Positions 1-12,676 of a stretch of DNA of 64,000 nucleotides are shown here, piece after piece. Every line of letters starts with the position of its first letter. The stretch's first letter is position 1. The DNA comes from Haplodiscus bocki (taxonomy: Eukaryota), in contig OZ296648.1 in assembly GCA_965655095.1 (NCBI GenBank), positions 110,174,001-110,238,000 on the forward strand, read 5' to 3'. The notes below the pieces were generated by a model. The model did not search any database and was not told the DNA's origin. It saw nothing but the letters and a program-made list of their open reading frames with translations. A program made the position numbers and the translations under genes.

Positions 1-1240
1 AGTGCTTTTGAGTTTTTCTGTCTACAAGGGATCGCTGTTATCAAGGAACCTAGATAACAAAATGACGAGAAATTCCCGCTAAGTGGTAAACAACCACTGC
101 AAGGAAACAGCAACGGTAAACAAGTAGCAAGTGACAAGACGACGGTTGAATGGTGGTTAAGAGAGCGTGAATTATTTATCGCGTTGATTGTCACGGTATG
201 TATGATACCAGGTGTTTCACATACATAATACAGGTATATTACATTACATGTGTCTGTTTCAGTAAAACCTCTCATGGTAGAGTGCACCATGTACGTTGTC
301 AGTCTGGGTCCAGTCAGCGAAGTCGATATGGTAAGTGTGGCAGGATGGACGGGGGGGGGGGGAGGGGGATCAAAATAGATTAGCGGTCGATGGGCGTAGA
401 TTACACGTGTCAATCTAATTCTCACAAAGTGAACAGCCAGTCGCCCAAATCTGACTCACATGCTAACTACTTTTGCGGCACTTTCTCACAAATTCAGTTC
501 CTCCATTCGACAACTTTTGAACCATAATCTTAATTAATGTAATACTACACTCCTCTCAAGTTCAAAAAATAAACCTGATTCATTACAAGAGCCATCAAAA
601 TTTACTACAATTTCAAGAAATTAGGAAAACTTGATCACATGTTAGTTTCAACTGAATGCATTTCAGAAAACTTTTCCATCTTCAGCAAAAAATTCAAGAA
701 AACTAAAGAACTTTTATTTAGCAAAGGAAACAAAAACATCAGCGAAACGGCAGTGTGAAAAATAAACGAGGACTGTTCGAATTGCCTTTTAGCGCGATAG
801 AAGTTTATTTGCGCAAATTCATATCGCATTGCTTGACGTGAATCGAATGAACCCACCCATGGACAGCCAAAACTTAACTGACCATACTTTCTATAACAGT
901 TTGATTTTCGGAAAGATTTTTTTCAGTTATATAAACCAAATGAACATTTACAAATCGGCATAGATTTTTTTTACCTAAATTTTTCTTGTGGTTGAAATTT
1001 TTAAGGAAAAGTTGTACAATTATCAGAAATTTATTTCGTTTCAAAAACATGCGTGAAACAATCAGAATTTTTGACCCGGTCAGCATTTTGCAATCAAAGA
1101 ACGCCCAAAACCTTTATTTCAATATTTCACTTGCTTATTCTTAAAGCATCGTGAGAGGTGGAATCTTCAAGATTGCTCACAGTTCACGAGATGTATCTTA
1201 AAAAAAATGGATTGGAATGGCAGTGGGCGTTTGGTTTCAG

Positions 1241-1461
1241 ACGTTCAAACTTGGGATTTACTTCCGACAATACTGGAGGGATCCGAGACTCTCTTTCAAC
1301 TCGACGTTGAAGCAGATAGTTCTGTCACAAGATCTACTGGAGGCTCTCTGGTTGCCCGACTCATTCTTCCAAACAGAAACGGAGAGCTACATCCACGAAG
1401 TGACAAAGCCTAACGTCTTCTTCAGACTGCACGATGATGGCTACATACTCATGAGTACTCG
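1241..1461 (+). CDS. Cys-loop ligand-gated anion channel subunit, internal exon (loops D/A/E)
   Basis: YFRQYWRDPRLSF...LWLPDSFF...NVFFRLHDDGYILMSTR; tttcag| acceptor at 1240, cg|gt donor at 1462, phase 2 matches the next exon. Upstream exons not identified. Confidence 0.9.
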
Positions 1462-1981
1462 GTGCACACATTTCACTAATAGCATCAATAAACCCATACA
1501 TTTCTTAATAGGTCACGAAAAGGCGCGCACAAACTTCTGCGCTCCCAAAGCAATTGATGTTTGTGAACAAACTGCCAACTTTGATAATGTCAAGATGAAC
1601 TTGATACTTTAACATATTGATCCGAGCTGGAGATGTCAATTTAGATGATTGGTAGACGAGATTGGGCGACGTTGAGAAAGTTCGGATGTTTGTTGACCAA
1701 TAACAGCGAATTTTGAAAATTGAAAAAAGGTCGGAACGGTGAGAAAAAGCTGTTAATGGGTATGGTACAAACTGAATTCACTGAAGAGCCCATCTTTTAG
1801 AGCGAGTATTTCGATAGAAAAAATATAAAACCAGTATTGGCAAAAAAACGATAATTAAGATGTAACGTTGACGTAAGCAAACATTTTCGACTCTACCTCT
1901 GGCAAGAAAACCTTCTGCACTCAAGCTCGAAACAATGTTAGATTCAAGCTTTTAGAAGGAAAAACAATGAAATTTTTTCAG

Positions 1982-2217
1982 AGTCACAGTGACATCACGC
2001 TGTCCAATGGATTTAAGACTGTTTCCCATGGACACGCAGGAATGCGAACTTCGAATTGCTTCTTGGGGATTCACAAAAACGGACTTGCAGTACGAGTGGA
2101 AGCGAGACAACAAAAATCCCGAAAACCCGCCCATACATCTTGCAGACGACATAACTCTATCCAACTTCAAGGTAGTCAACTACCAATGGAATAGCTACAT
2201 TAGGAATCTATCAACCG
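1982..2217 (+). CDS. Cys-loop channel exon (Cys-loop, loop B, loop F)
   Basis: CPMDLRLFPMDTQEC Cys-loop; ttttcag| acceptor, g|gtaagt donor. Confidence 0.93.
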
Positions 2218-2558
2218 GTAAGTACTTTACTGAAGTTAGTAATTAACATGAAGTTGAAATTATTCGCAACAAACGATCTCAACAGCTTTTGACCCGCAGA
2301 TGTTGACCACCCTAAAGTTTTAATTTCAGAGCATCAGATGAATTTAGACGGTTTCTATATTCCATATATTTCAGCTGAATAATTTAGTGATTTAGCATTG
2401 AAATTTATCCAATTCAAATCAAATTGTCTACGCAAAGAATTTGCAAGTGACTAAAATCTTCCTAAGACCTCGGATTTTCCTGCCAATATCCCGCAGGAAG
2501 CTGCTTCAGACGCATTTCGCTTAATTGCTGCGTGTAGATATTTGAATGTTTTGTCTAG

Positions 2559-2935
2559 GAGAGTGGGACACACTGGCGGTGACATTTCGCTTCGGGAGGA
2601 ACACTTTGTACTTCATAATCCAGATGTACATCCCGTCCACTCTCATTGTGATGGTTTCCTGGGTCTCGTTCTGGGTGGGCAGGGCTTCAGTTCCAGCCAG
2701 AGCCGCCCTCGGCATCACCACCGTTCTCACTCTGCTCACTCTCATCTCCTCCACTAACGCCAACATGCCCAAAATCAGCTACATGAAGGCCATCGATGTC
2801 TACTTCGCCGGCTGTTTCTTATTCGTTTTTGCCAGCTTAGTCGAATTTGCGGCAGTGTGCTACTTGGACAAATCAAAAAACCCGCCAACTAAGCCAATCT
2901 CAAGCAGACGTTCCTCAAAACCTATCAACACTCTA
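2559..2935 (+). CDS. Cys-loop channel exon (loop C end, M1-M3)
   Basis: YFIIQMYIPSTLIVMVSWVSFW, PARAALGITTVLT (anion-type M2), PKISYMKAIDVY, FVFASLVEFA; tctag| acceptor, cta|gtgagt donor. Confidence 0.95.
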
Positions 2936-4375
2936 GTGAGTATTTAAGCTGTTAAATGATACTCCTTTGAAAATTAAATGATACAAAATGTGATATTTTT
3001 AGCTTTCGTAAAATAATGTTTATATTATGATAAATCATTAGTTAATTGGAAGAATTATTAGCTCTGGAATCTACTTCAAAAACTGTAAACTTTCTTTTCA
3101 AAACATTTTCAAACTCAAAATTGGACGATTGGCGGCAAGTTTACTTAAAAAATCTCACATAGCGAGTGAATTATTTTTTTCCATATTGAACTACATGAGG
3201 AACATAAAAATCACCAACATACCCATACCCCTTTGCATAACACAAAAAGATCCCCCAGCGAATGTTTTGAGACTTACGGGAAAAGCCGACTTCTGTCTGC
3301 TGCTTCTAAAATTATTCCGGAGTCGAGCTTTCGAGATTTTTACTGGGATATTTACCGCCCCCAGAAGAAAAATGTTAATACCACCCGGTTAATCTATACC
3401 AGTGGTTGCAAAATTGGTATACTTTTAGAAAATAAATTTGGTTGAGCTCATTGCTAAGTAAGTAGTTAGACTTACTAGCAAGATAGTTTGGGCCGAGTTT
3501 CAAAATTCGGTCCGAATCTGGTTTTCGGTCCCAACTTGCCTCTGGTCCGAATTGTAGAACCTTTTTCATTAATGCAGTTTTCCAAAATATCCCTGTGGTA
3601 GCCGGCGTCTTCTTTTTCTTCGTCTTTAACCAATTTTGACAAAATTGGAAAACGGGATATTTAGTCTTTGATCTAAATTGTAGCATCAACGTACCATACA
3701 ACAGGAAGAATAAAAATGTTTCTAAGCAAAAAAAATCAAATGGAAGCATAGATATCCGCAAATTTGTTGAATTTCTCTCCACATAAAGAGTCACCGTCAA
3801 AGTCACTAATGAAACGAAAATTCCCACGGTATCTGAGGACAGAACCCCATCCTCAACGGGTTATTGAGCGCCCCGCATAGTTCACCAAATTTCGTATTTA
3901 CAAGTTAATGCTGAAGCCAATGACTTGTACAAGTATGCAATTTCATTTCAACCACAGAGGTTCTCGAGTGTAACATCAGCCAATCAGATTCAAGAATCTA
4001 TTACTTTCATTCTACTTCGGAGCTTTTCTTAATAGAGATGGAGACAATTGCAAGGGCTTTCCAACTTGAAGCGATCCAATTTCAACAGCGTAGACACTTT
4101 TCGCTTCAAAAACCTTATAAAGTTCCTAAGCAAGGTTAAACGTACCACTACCATCAAAGAAATTATATAGCCAAAAAGCCCAAGCCTCGAAAAAATTTAC
4201 TCGATACCACGATCGCGTGAACCAGAAGTTTTTGAAAACACTACTACCAAAATTTTTTTTAATATTCCGGTCCGGTGCACGTTCCCAAAGTTTAACACAA
4301 AGACATACAGCAATATTTGTGATTATTCACCATTCAGAAAAATCAGTTACGCGAAAGCCTGAGCAAATGCATACC

Positions 4376-4421
4376 AGAAGTAAGGGATGGGGGGGTTACC
4401 GCACAGTTTCACCCTCCCAAC
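4376..4421 (+). repeat. P1 left TIR
   Basis: agaagtaagggatgggggggttaccgcacagtttcaccctcccaac, reverse complement of 12631-12676 with few mismatches. Confidence 0.92.
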
Positions 4422-4772
4422 AGTATTATAGCGATTCAATGTTCACATTACAAATTAGTGAAACAACTTTGCGATCAAAGTTCAATATCTCACTCCAATT
4501 TCATTGTTAACTTAACAAACATGAAGTTCGTATGAGCAAACATCTTGTTATATAAATTGGTAACTATATACCAATGCAAAACGTCACGAAAATCACCCTA
4601 AAATCGGGAGTTTTCGAGACTCACTAAACAACAAACACTAATGTAAAACCCACCGCCGTCTCTAAGGTCCACCGAAAGTTTCAGTCCTAGCTCAACAACA
4701 GCAGGGCGAAGCTTTCATCAACAGGCATTACGAGCACAGTAGGCGGTCAAGTAGGATAATTCCGATGAATCG

Positions 4773-5700
4773 ATGAAAAATTCCATCTTTCGATGGAGTC
4801 AAAGATAACAATCATACAAACTTACATTTATAGAGACCAAGCAACATTCTCTGACGAAATATATTTGAAATGGGTTGGTCGCAGTCCCACGACTAACGCA
4901 AATGACTACCGTGTTCAGAGAAAAACCACAGATCTCTCGGCTTGATGATGAAACCAGAACACTAGAGAACAAAACCTCTTCACAAACTGTGTGCAAGGTA
5001 ATGCCTGAAGTGACACCTTCCAGCTTGTCCAAGGAACTGGAGATTCCAGTGTGTTCTGAGAATGCTCAGTATGTCAGCAGACAACACTTCGGAAGCGAAA
5101 AAAACTTTGGATATTTGCAAGACGTGTGTTCCACACTGCCATTGAATCATCATAATAATGTGGTTTATAATCCTAGCAACACAGAAGCAGAGAGTCTGCT
5201 GAAGCAAACTACTATCCTGGTTTTGTCAAACATACAGAACAGAATCAACATGTTAAAAAATTGACTGTTTCATATCCAGAGAACTTTCTAAACGCCGAAG
5301 CGAAGAGTGCGTCAGTCTTCGTCAGATGAGAAAAGATGCAATCTCTGGTCAATCAGAAAATATAGAGGAGTAGAGTTGTCAGTTCAATACCATTTTGGAG
5401 TTTCACAGGCACAACTCACTAGGAACATGCGTTGATAAAGACAGCGTTTAGCGTCTTTTAGCAGCTTTTGCAACTCGACCAATCAAACGGGCCTTTCAAA
5501 GAGACAATCTCATATAATGACCTTTTACAGAAAAGATTTGGGCAAATGTTCTCGTCTGAACAGTCACACGTTGGATATTAATTTGGGTGTGATCAATGAA
5601 CATTGCAGGTGTTTCGACTGCCTGAATCAACCTCTTGAACATATAGAAGCGACGCCTGAAGAGAACAGCGTCTACACTTCAAAACTCTTTTTTGTTTAAG
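4773..5700 (+). pseudogene. P1 left-end ORF remnant with HUH-like motif (homolog of 26116-26560)
   Basis: Frameshifted pieces QYVSRQH, LDICKTCVPHCH* (PHCH at 5131-5142) and KLTVSYPENFLNAE align to EYTIGRH, EDICSEIAQPHIH and NVTYPEIRLKVE in P2. Boundaries approximate. Confidence 0.55.
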
Positions 5701-5942
5701 ATGAAGACAATTGTTGACACATCGTTCCTGGACAAGTTTTTTTGATAAATCAATTCCGTAAAAGTTATGTTATAATTCAAACGCTTGTTCTTCATAACAC
5801 AATTAAATTTTCGTGTTCCCAATTGTTGTCGTCTTTGGAAATTTGCGAAAACTTTTTAAGAACTACCAATTGGTTTCCGAAGAATGACACAACTAAAAAT
5901 GCTTTCCTCACCATCTAATTTTAAATAGATGAAACTAATGAC

Positions 5943-6229
5943 ATGCACGAAGTGAAGTTCCAGGCACCTTTCGGAGGAACAAGTGGACCGGGTGATAGTT
6001 GCCTCCAGATTTACTTCATTTCTCCCAAAATTTTCCGCATGCATGCCATCTTTAATGACGCCCAAGGTTACATGGGGAATGCCAACATTAAAGGACCTGG
6101 TTACGTTTACGCAATGACGAGTGGAAAACACTTCAAAAACAACATGCTTTTTGGTCATTTGTCAGGTTAGTTAGCCTGGAGTTTCGTTAAAATTTTCAAA
6201 GCGGAATACTTTCGAAATTGCCTGTTCTG
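5943..6229 (+). pseudogene. P1 small GPG/HD protein, putative PLA2-like
   Basis: SGPGDS...FRMHAIFNDAQGYM...GPGYVYA...MLFGHLSG; homologous to 27606-27857. Confidence 0.5.
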
Positions 6230-6658
6230 ACACACTTTTATTTGTTCAGTTTCCAAAATCAGTCGCTTCTGCGTCATAATTCTCTTTATTCACATCTGTA
6301 ATCGTGACTGACAACGCCTCACTTTCTTTCAGTGGATACTATAGTGATATTCAATTGGATCAACAACGAGAACCGGATCGAGCGGATGAAGCAAACTTTT
6401 CACAGAGTAACGTGAACCGAATATTTTTTGACGATACAAATCAGGAGAGACCGCCCTTCAATTTCAGTCTGCAGCGGCGAAGACTCTTGAATAGTCAGAG
6501 TTTTTTTCTGTGATTCTAATACATTTTAAAATCAATCTGATTCTACTGATTTTTTGAACAACCTTCCTTATACTTTGTGAGGCACAGAGCAGATTTGCTT
6601 CTAGTGTACTCGAGGTACTGTCAATTTTTCTGGGTCACATTTTACCTGCCCCAAGACA

Positions 6659-7330
6659 ATGAAAAAGCGAATTAGTAATGAACCACATTGCTTCGTTTCC
6701 GTTTTGGGACCCGCAGAGTCAAGGAAGACGAGACTAATTGGTCGGAGATTCTCAATCAAGAAAAAGTCTTCTCACCTCACTCTGCCAAAATCCTAAACTT
6801 CTTCATAACACAACCAGCCCCACTACGGGACTGTTATGAGCAAATGTAAAGATAAACATACTGAAATTGAATTTCTTCAAGATTTCGATTGGAAGGCGTT
6901 GGAGAAGGCATAAACTGAAAAGAAGCGAACCCTTTTGGTGATCGACGACTCATTCAGAGAAGCCTCAGAAAGCAAGGAATTTGTAGCACTGGTCATTGCT
7001 CGTGGAAATCGCAATTTACATTCGATGGTTTTGTGACACAACTTTTTGCAAAGGACAAAAAAGTTCAGAAACGATTGATTTGAGTGACACAGAATATTTT
7101 GAACAGCGCGAGAGATTCATTAAATTGGAGTTTCGGGTCGTCAATTGAGCGAGCGTCAACTCAAGAGAAGCATGTAAAAGAGCCACACAGGAGCTTTTTG
7201 GTCAACTAAAGACTGATCTGGACGTCGCAAAGAGCAAGGCGCTGAGATACTGTACAAATTGCTTGGATGACGAACCATCTATAGTTTACTGCGCCAAAGA
7301 CCAGCTGCACCTAAAACAAAAAAAAAATGA
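6659..7330 (+). pseudogene. P1 A32/FtsK-like packaging ATPase, degenerate
   Basis: MKKRISNEPHCFVSVLGPAESRKT (decayed Walker A), LLVIDD (Walker B); homologous to 28415-29120. Confidence 0.8.
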
Positions 7331-8129
7331 GTTTCAAAACATTTACAGTTAAATTGCTCAAGAAATTCCCGAAAAAGCTGAAAAAATGTTTCGTTTTGAA
7401 TGTTCCAAAAATAACAGTACAATTACTTTGTGACTGCATCTTCAATGTGAGTAAAGGCTCATTAAAGTCAGATTAGAGAGAAAAAACTTATGGCGGGAAA
7501 AGTAAACTCTTGTTTTTCTGTGCAAAAAGAAACGTTTCTGTGAAACAAAAACGTCAGTTACTTGATTCTTCCGAGGGGGCTGCGATTGCTGAAAGTAATC
7601 CTGCCATCAGTTTTGAGTCATTTGAGATCCCACCATGATAACAAACGGCTGAGTTGGAGAGTATATTCTTCAGACTAATGACGAATACGCTTTCTCAAAA
7701 CAACAGCAAGAATATGAACAAGATTAACAGAAAAACTCCAATTCCCGCGAGAAAAGAGACTCCCGGCTCAAATTCCTGCGATATCGGATGCGAGATTGGC
7801 TCATGCAATAGTTGACGAAAAGACCGAAATTAGGCTCTTCGACAAAGAACAAGCACTGGTCGCACAGATTAACCTTAGCTCCAGGTTGCAGGAAAAAAGC
7901 CTTAGTCTCAATCTACTTTACCGCGAGATAAACCTGATCTTCTTCAAAATTACGCACCCGATCGCAATCTAGGCTTTCTACTACAGTCAGGAATAACTGG
8001 CGGTAAAATTGAAGGGTCTCGAAAGCAATCCAGCACAACGAGCGTGTTAGTATTGACAACAACAATCAAAATATCTTCCTTGATTAATAAGATACTTTCA
8101 TTGCTGCAACGGAATTCTCCGTTAAAAGA

Positions 8130-8260
8130 AATAAAATTCACGGAGGAACTATTCACGATTGTAAACATACCAACAACGATTACACCGATGTATATTTTGA
8201 AGGACAGCATTAACGATAAAATTTAAGGTAAATTTTACGAGCCTGAACTGGTAAAGCGCC
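8130..8260 (+). pseudogene. P1 integrase C-terminal remnant (catalytic core deleted)
   Basis: IKFTEELFTIVNIPTTITPMYILKD...GKFYEPEL matches IQFTEEVFTI...PPTYTIKD...GKFYEAGL of the P2 integrase. Confidence 0.75.
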
Positions 8261-8304
8261 ACCACCACAACTTCGAACAGCAGATTAGGACATCAGCAGC
8301 AAAA

Positions 8305-9380
8305 ATGAATCAACATCATCCATCATCGTCATCATTCGGCGACAGAAGGCCCTATAGTGATGAGTTTACGTTGAAAATGATTTCAAACGCATCGATGAAA
8401 ATAGTACCCGAGAACAAGTTGTCGTGCTTCATAACCCTCCTTCAGACAACTTTGGCACCGTCAGGATATTGGCAGGTTGTTATCTTGGAAATATCCTGAC
8501 CGGCTTTGCTGAGCAATGTTACAAAAGGTCCGATAACTGTTTCGAAACTTGTACCACCACATGAATCATTAGCAGGTGATGATGACGACGACCTTTACCT
8601 TGCCAGAAGACTCTCAATGTGGACGCCTCGACAATTAAGCAACAAGCACAACACACAAAGACTTTACACCACTCGAGAGATGCGTCTTATCAAACATGGT
8701 TGTTACTCAACAATTGACCCAACTATGAAGAAATCTTCAAAAGTACGTTGAACAAGAGACTCAAACCAAAATGATCAACCGTTCCGTCAGCAGGAAACAA
8801 CAACAGTAAAGAGCAAGGATCACCAGTTCCTCCGCCCGCAATTTCATGGACAGTACAGAAGGCAATCTTAGAGCTTCATGTGAAGTTCGCCGGAAAAGTA
8901 GAAACTGATGGCGTGGTTGTTCAGGCATTCTAATAAGATTTGAAAAACATTCTGGGGACAACCACAATTATAGGCTGTGAGTGGAAATGGAACGCGAAAA
9001 ACATCTGCTGAAAAAGCTCAGAGTGGAAGAAGCTGTTTATCAAACTTAAAACTTTACACTGAAAAGTTTCAATCAATGGCCTGTTGATCTGAATGCTGGG
9101 AGTCAAACCACGTTTCTGTATTGCAACCTCGTTCAAAATGAAACTGTCGGTGACGTACAACCTGCAATGTTGCGATCGATTCCTCCAGATAGTCACTATT
9201 CCTCCACGTCGTCCCGCATCCATCGTGCTCATCGGAGTTTCTGAAAATGGCAGTTGAAACGTATCCGTAACTCACAAACTCAGTCAATCACACTGACTCT
9301 GGCCAAAGAAATGGGAGAAAAAATGCGAGTTCTCAGCTGTGGTCGTAAAAGCATCACATTCGCATTTGTCAATACTATGT
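8305..9380 (+). pseudogene. P1 minor capsid protein (penton), degenerate
   Basis: EFTLKMISNASMKIVPENKLSCFITLL...GYWQVVILEIS and a C-terminal LVQNETVGDVQPAMLRSIP. Confidence 0.8.
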
Positions 9381-9573
9381 TAATTTGTAAAACAGCATCA
9401 TCAACATCATCCTAAAGAGTCATTTGTAAACCAGTTGCAGTATTAAACATCCTGTTGTTGCAGTTTCTTTCGTGTTCATTTTTAGTGACAGAATCTGTTG
9501 TGCGGGTACAGCAGAAGTCCTCTCTCACTCACACAGCACCATGATTGAGGACGAAAGCGACGATCACAGCCAT

Positions 9574-10051
9574 TATGGACGTCCACTACGAGTCTTGAAT
9601 AGCAAGCTTCTATGGGAGCGGCGCCGCACATGCTCAACCATTTAGTGGTCCAGCACGACAAATGGGAGCCGGGGGTGGCTGCGGTGCTTTTGCTGTTCGC
9701 ATGCGAGGTGTGGCAATTCCGGTTGTTCGAAAGTACATATTGCTTGTAGCCAAACAAGTCGGCAAAAGTGTACTCGAAGCAATTGCTCATGTTCTCGCCG
9801 AAAGAAAAAGACCTAGTCGGGAAATGCTCACAAACAATGCCCAAAAAATAGCCATTTTCATTGCCGCATGGAGCTCTAAAATTCTCCAACACCACAACAA
9901 AGGCTTGAAAAACAACCAATGTGCGGACGGGGCATCGCGGCGGGCGGTGTCCAGGCGTACCGCTGACCTCCGGGCTGCCGGCGCCCAGTCAAGCGGCATC
10001 CGGGCTGCCGGAGAGCAGTCGGGTGGCTCCACAGATTTTAGCACAAAATAA
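9574..10051 (+). pseudogene. P1 conserved small basic protein upstream of hexon
   Basis: FSGPARQMGAGG...RMRGVAIPVVRKYILLVAKQVGK; homolog of P2 32491-32859. Confidence 0.65.
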
Positions 10052-10169
10052 CAGCTGTTGCTAGCCAGAGATAACGCAACAGAACTTCATCATCATCATC
10101 GAAGAGATTCATCATTCCACAAACAAACCCGGCAAAGAGAAGTCAGTCCGGCATTTTGTCTGAAATTCA

Positions 10170-11528
10170 AAATTCTGCTGCTGCTGATAGCGACAACAAC
10201 CTCCAAGACCAGTGAGAACCTGGCTACAACGGCGACATTTTCAGGACGCGCAATGGAATCGCAAGCCGGGTTACCCACAGTGCTTTGGATTACTTTGAAA
10301 AACTCAATGTTCTCTTCAACTAGGAAGGCTCTTACGATCAAGAAACTTTTCCACGTGTCGGCTGCCGAAGTCTGCAATTTGATTTTTTTTTGTGGCAGCG
10401 GACGCAAAAAAACTTGACTAATTTGAATCGTACTCTTTTGAGTGCCAAAGTTGGTGTCCACGAAGAAGACGGCAAAACTCGCTCGAAAGTCAATGATCAA
10501 AATGTAGTTTTTTCAAACAACACGTTTCACACTTTGTTTCCACGCGCTGAATTGCAGCTGAATGGCACCCCATTTTACACGGCAACAACTGCTGTGCATT
10601 TAGCCTTTGTTGAAACTGAACTAACGACTGACAGTGCGGGTGAAGCAAATTGGGTGAAATGCCAGCGAAATAACTACTGAGCTGAATAAAATGATAAAAC
10701 TCAAGCATTCAATGAACTATATGCCGAGTTCGATCAGAAAAAGATCAGATAAAGGAACTGTATGGACCACTTGCGCCTCTTCCGGTCGCCCAACAATACC
10801 GTACTTTGTACGTGAAGAACAGACGATGAGATGAGAGCGATCGATGGCAAAGTAGCAGTCGCCATCGAACGGGCTTCACTTTTTCAGAAAATTTGGTTGT
10901 TGCTACACATAGTGTTAAATTGTCAACAGAAGAGGCTGCAGTGAAAACTGCTGTCATCTCTCCCTATATCGAAAGCTTAGCGAAAAGTTTCATTATTGAA
11001 GCTGGATAAAATTGTTTCGTGTAGGAGAATGTGTTTGGGACCGAGCTAATCCGACGATTGACTTGGTGTAAGGTCAAAAATTCCCTATTTCGCAGCACAC
11101 CCATCAACAATTCACCGTTCGTCTACCAAAAGGTTACAAAAGAGTGTGTCAAAATTCGACGTGGACATGGCGTTCTCTAACAGGGACGACCCTAGATGCG
11201 AGCAAGAGCGTTAGGCTTCATTACAACACAATTACGGCTCATGGGTTTAACAAAACTGGGAAAGGAACAAATTTGGAAGACTCTGAAGACAACCATTTTT
11301 TCCTTGTTTGCGACCTAACATCAACCGAAGAGGCTAACAAATGCTTTACATTGTTTCCTGAGCTCAACGGGGCTGGCCTGACCACGAATGTGTTCTTCTT
11401 CAAAGCTTTTGAAAACGCAATTGAGTTCTCTCTTTGGAGAACGATTCAGTCAAGTATTTGTTGATTCTGCTCAGAGAATTTCCAAAAATTCATTGCTTGA
11501 CTTATTGGTGGTAGGTGTTGATGGTTAA
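10170..11528 (+). pseudogene. P1 major capsid protein (double jelly-roll hexon), degenerate
   Basis: THSALDYFEK, FSNNTFHTLF...LNG, AFVETELT, FFLVCDLTS...LFPELNG, GERFSQVF; multiple stops and frameshifts. Confidence 0.85.
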
Positions 11529-12020
11529 TAGCTCCCCGGCGAAGATAGCGAGAAACTGTGGCTCCACATTGCACGCTTTTCGGGGAGTTTGATCAACCGA
11601 CAATTTTCCCAAATGCAGTTGGCGGATGAAAGGCAGGAAGTCTGGCCAATATTGCGCAATGGAGCAAAAGCTGCATGCAAGTTGACAGAGTTCAAAGATT
11701 CAACTCTTCACTCACAAACCACCTTGGTCAGCACTTGTTTCTTTTGTGGCAAATACAAATTGAAGACGAGAATTAGGGAATTTTCGTGGGGGATTGCTCG
11801 GGGAGAGCTTTGTCATTTTATCGTCAGTTTCACAGCAGACTGCTGCAGCTTTATCCAAAAGAGAAAAGTGGAAGCTGTTTTGAGACAAACAAACTACCGT
11901 TGCAAAACTCTCATTCGAATCTTTGCGGTCTTTTTCTGTACTTGGTGCATTACTTGGTCAAAAAAATCTTTTAACATTTTCAAATTGAACAACAATTATA
12001 TTGCCAACCACCGAAATTGA
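11520..12020 (+). pseudogene. P1 adenain-like cysteine protease, degenerate
   Basis: GDCSGRALSFY...PLQNSHSNLCGLF (Q..C motif), same position as in P2. Confidence 0.7.
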
Positions 12021-12630
12021 TGTACGTTTTTCAACCTACTTTTTACCGGTGCTCAATTTATATACAGAATCTTTTGGTAATTGATAAAGGAATTGAAGAT
12101 TTTTCGACACATTTCTTTTTCGCTTGACGAAACATCAAGTGATAATACTCAATCAATCATCTCAAAGTTTTGCTCATTTCGATGATTGGAAAAATAAAGT
12201 GTCAATTTCGATGGTTGTAAGAAACAGAACAACCCAAGTACAAGTCAAAAAGCTAGTACTTCAGAAACGATGAGAAACACGTTAAAGTTTCCCCAGTACC
12301 TTAAGTTTCCATGAAATGCTGTGTTTTCATGTGGAGCAGCATTTTTCGGAAATAATGTAGAACAATTTTATAGAAGCGACATAGTCAATCAATTTCTTCG
12401 GATCGAATGCGTTCAGACATGGCATGTTGTTCAATAAGACGTTGATTCAGGTTGAGCAGAAAGTAATACTTTCATCAAAGTTATGAAATTCATCCGATAG
12501 TTGAGGTAGAAGCGAAATCTTGACAATGTTTGACCAGCTGTCGAAGTTGTCATGAATCTAAATCGAGCAATCGCCTTGTACTAATAATGTAGAATGAACC
12601 AGCCGACTTTGAATAGTTTAATGGCTTTCT

Positions 12631-12676
12631 AGTAGGGAGGATGAAACTGTGCGGTAACCCCCCATCCCTTACGTCT
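12631..12676 (-). repeat. P1 right TIR
   Basis: Reverse complement agacgtaagggatggggggttaccgcacagtttcatcctccctac. Confidence 0.92.

Larger units (their letters stand above)
4376..12676 (+). mobile_element. Polinton/Maverick (adintovirus-like) element P1, internally deleted and degenerate
   Basis: AG...CT termini, ~45-bp TIRs, 6-bp TSD catacc (4370-4375)/catact (12677-12682); ATPase, penton, hexon and protease remnants collinear with P2. Confidence 0.93.
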
